A stretch of DNA of 64,000 nucleotides from a virus. Its lineage: Duplodnaviria > Caudoviricetes. The first letter of the stretch is position 1, and every line of letters starts with the position of its first letter. Under the pieces are notes generated by a model. That model searched no databases and was not told the DNA's origin. It was given only the letters and a program-made list of their open reading frames with translations. The position numbers were made by a program, and so were the translations under genes. The stretch spans positions 56,138 to 120,137 of IMG/VR virus record IMGVR_UViG_2643221950_000002. One strand, written 5' to 3'. Below are positions 61,539 to 64,000 of this stretch, in pieces.

Positions 61539-62389
61539 TGTCTGATACAATTTTCAATAAAATAACTGTTTTAAAGAAAGATTTATATAGTAAGTTGAAA
61601 CAAATCATGCTTGAATCAGGATGGCAAAATATTTCTAGCCGTCCATCAACTGACTATGATGTGATGTTCTCAAATGGTGAGGATGGAAAGAAAGAAATCT
61701 ATTTTCAGATAAGAGATATTGCTAGTACAATTGCTGGATCATCTACATCATTTTCAAATTCTAGCGCAAGAGTCTTTTCAATGAGATTATCAGGAAAATA
61801 CTTGCCTGGACCTTCTGGTGTTTCGGGTACCTTTTCAAAAAACAGTGACACTTGGAAAACTGTAGCGATAACTTATCAATCAGAAATTCTTCCTAATCAG
61901 CCAATTGAACTTTATTACAGCTGTAATAAGGACAGAATTATCTTCTTGACTGACTATGCTCTATCTCTTGCGCTGCCCTCTACATTGAATTACATAGGTG
62001 TTCCAGTAACATTTGCAGATGAACATGAATGGAGCGCTTGTGCATTTGCATCAAGTAGCATTGGAAGTGGCAGACGGTTGTATGTGTCTGACATCAAAAA
62101 TGATTATACTGCAACTGTACCAATCACTTGCTTAACCTACTTAGGGTTAGGTAGTAAGAATAAAATCGGTGAAAACATATTGATGAGTAACGTTATTTAT
62201 GGGAGTACTAGCGAAGGCTTAAAGGGTACAATACCTGAAGTTTTCTCTTTCGGTTCTACAGATGGACTTGTTAATGGAGACTTAATTAAAGATGCAGATA
62301 AAGCATACAAAATTTTTGAAACAACTCCTGGAACATCAACAGTATATTCCTCATTTATTTCAAAATTTATTGCGATTAGAGTTCAATAA
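61538..62389 (+). CDS. Putative virion protein, paralog 3
   Basis: Same shared motifs; 283 aa. Confidence 0.7.
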   Translation: MSDTIFNKITVLKKDLYSKLKQIMLESGWQNISSRPSTDYDVMFSNGEDGKKEIYFQIRDIASTIAGSSTSFSNSSARVFSMRLSGKYLPGPSGVSGTFSKNSDTWKTVAITYQSEILPNQPIELYYSCNKDRIIFLTDYALSLALPSTLNYIGVPVTFADEHEWSACAFASSSIGSGRRLYVSDIKNDYTATVPITCLTYLGLGSKNKIGENILMSNVIYGSTSEGLKGTIPEVFSFGSTDGLVNGDLIKDADKAYKIFETTPGTSTVYSSFISKFIAIRVQ

Positions 62390-62394
62390 ACAAA

Positions 62395-62426
62395 GCCCCT
62401 CCTCATTTGAGTAGGGGTATTTTTTT
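62395..62426 (+). terminator. Terminator of the late operon
   Basis: GCCCCT.CTCA-t-TGAG.AGGGGT followed by a T-run. Confidence 0.75.
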
Positions 62427-62440
62427 CGTTTTTATCAAAT

Positions 62441-62567
62441 AAAAAAAGACATTCCAACAACTGTCCACGTTTATGGAATGTCTTTTTTGTTTAGCCTAGG
62501 CTATTCCAGTAGCCCAAGCTCGTTCCACCTCAAAGGAGGTGAAAAATATGAAGCTATCCACTATTAT
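62441..62567 (-). ncRNA. Candidate ~125-nt sRNA
   Basis: TTGATT-17-TACAAT promoter (62602-62574), anti-SD CACCTCCTTT, terminator AAGACATTCCA...TGGAATGTCTT followed by a T-run. Confidence 0.55.
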
Positions 62568-62731
62568 AATTAAATTGTAACTTATAACAGTCTAGCAATC
62601 AAATGAATTCATCTTAGAGGTTTCAATTTTTATGAGAAAAATAAAGGTGCTCACAGAATAATCCATGAACACCTTCTAGCCCTTCTTCATTAAGAAAAAA
62701 TTAATACATCAGAAATCATTTTATGTCAACA

Positions 62732-64000
62732 TTAACTTTTATGGCCGCCCGTTAAGCCAGCTCTATACAATGCCGTACCACCTTTAGTATATGAAACTGC
62801 CCGAAGCAGCGATTTCGATCCGTATTTATTCCTAATACCATCCATAACGTAGCCAAGCTGTCTTTTTTTCTCCAATCCTCTTTCATCAAATAAAGTTAGC
62901 TGCTGATTAGTATCTTCTTCAATTTTACTTAATGTTACTGAAATACTTCTGACCGTCTTATGCTGATAAAACGTGTTAAACAACTCCATACACGTGTTAT
63001 AGATGTCCATAGTGATATTGGTTGGACTTTCAATTGTCTTGCTTCTGTGGAACCCACCGCCATATTCTTCTTTGCTATATCCGATACCTAAACTAATCGT
63101 TCTCCCTACTTTGTTATGATCTCTCGTTCGTTTAGCTACCTCTTCGCATATTTCAAGAATCACAGCTTTGATTTCTTCTTTTGTCGTATAATCTCTGAGT
63201 AGAATCTGACTTTTCCCGAAACTAACTTGCCCTTGTGGCACTGGAGCACCTATTTCGGATAGGTCTATGCCCCAAGCATGGTGAAACATTTGGTTTCCCA
63301 TAACTCCGAATTTCTTTTCTAAAGTTTCTAATGGATATTTAGCTAGTGCGCCGACTGTGAATATGCCCATTCGATTCAAGTTTTGTTCCATTCGCCTACC
63401 TATTCCCCACATCTTAGAGATTGGCTTAACTGGCCATAGTTTTTCTGGAATGTCTTCATATCTCCATCTAACTATACCATTCGGTGCTTTCTTACTTTCT
63501 AAATCCAAAGCAAGTTTGCTAATCAACATATTATCACCAATTCCAATTGTACAAGGTAAGCCAAATTCTCTCATGATGGCATCTTGGATATGTTCAGCAA
63601 TCTCTTCAACACTGTTCCACATTCTCATAACACCATCAACTTTTAAAAATGATTCGTCTATGGAATAAGTATGAACATCACATTCTGGAACATAACGATA
63701 AAACAATTGAGTGATTTTAGTTGAAACATTTATAAATGTATCCATTTTAGGATTAACTATATGGATTCTTGGATCATTGGGAATCTCGAATAGCCTAGAT
63801 CCTGTTTTAATTTTAAAATCTTGTTTGAGTTTAGGGCTTGCTGCTAACACTACACTCCCCTGTCTCTCTGTGTTGCCCACTACAGCTAAATAACACTCTA
63901 GAGGGTCTAAGCCCATCATAACCGCTGAAATTGAAGCGTAAAAGGATTTCATGTCTACACACAGTATTTTGTGACGTGGAAACTTGGTGTAATCAATCAT
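62732..64000 (-). CDS. uvrX: Y-family lesion-bypass DNA polymerase UvrX
   Basis: CVDMKSFYAS, YSIDE, WGIG motifs; 422 aa. Confidence 0.93.
   Translation of the reverse strand: MIDYTKFPRHKILCVDMKSFYASISAVMMGLDPLECYLAVVGNTERQGSVVLAASPKLKQDFKIKTGSRLFEIPNDPRIHIVNPKMDTFINVSTKITQLFYRYVPECDVHTYSIDESFLKVDGVMRMWNSVEEIAEHIQDAIMREFGLPCTIGIGDNMLISKLALDLESKKAPNGIVRWRYEDIPEKLWPVKPISKMWGIGRRMEQNLNRMGIFTVGALAKYPLETLEKKFGVMGNQMFHHAWGIDLSEIGAPVPQGQVSFGKSQILLRDYTTKEEIKAVILEICEEVAKRTRDHNKVGRTISLGIGYSKEEYGGGFHRSKTIESPTNITMDIYNTCMELFNTFYQHKTVRSISVTLSKIEEDTNQQLTLFDERGLEKKRQLGYVMDGIRNKYGSKSLLRAVSYTKGGTALYRAGLTGGHKS

Larger units (their letters stand above)
1..64000. mobile_element. SPbeta/phi3T-like temperate Bacillus phage or prophage (internal segment, no att site in window)
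   Basis: Gene order and sizes match SPbeta: aimR, yonV, yonT, yonO, yonN, yonK-yonA, yomZ-yomE, lysin/holins, uvrX. Confidence 0.97.

Overview
About 64 kb from the middle of an SPbeta/phi3T-like temperate Bacillus (pro)phage, collinear with SPbeta from aimR (left edge, truncated) through yonV-yonT, yonP-yonO-yonN, yonK-yonA and yomZ-yomE to the lysis genes and uvrX. Gene names come from recalled family motifs, size and synteny, not from a database search. The left arm (1-11.6 kb, minus strand) is an accessory region of small ORFs, a HEPN-like ORF, an adenine methyltransferase, a YonV helicase, a yonT/SR6-like type I toxin-antitoxin locus and a tubulin (TubZ-like) pair. It is followed by the YonO single-subunit RNA polymerase, HU, a ~1.1 kb hairpin-rich non-coding region, head genes (terminase with a LAGLIDADG intein), tail genes, the YomM tyrosine recombinase with an accessory island, tape measure, tail tip, lysis genes, an extra fibre-like module and UvrX. 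Best novel signals: (1) a ~320 bp non-coding array of ~9 different palindromes (37193-37508) that look like allelic variants of one palindromic segment inside the neighbouring Bro-N antirepressor gene, one matching it exactly over 18 bp; (2) a TAAAA-N6-TTTTA palindrome repeatedly placed at gene ends, as if marking cassette boundaries; (3) the large structured RNA candidate before yonK; (4) two SigD-promoter-driven paralogous membrane genes plus a triplicated fibre module.
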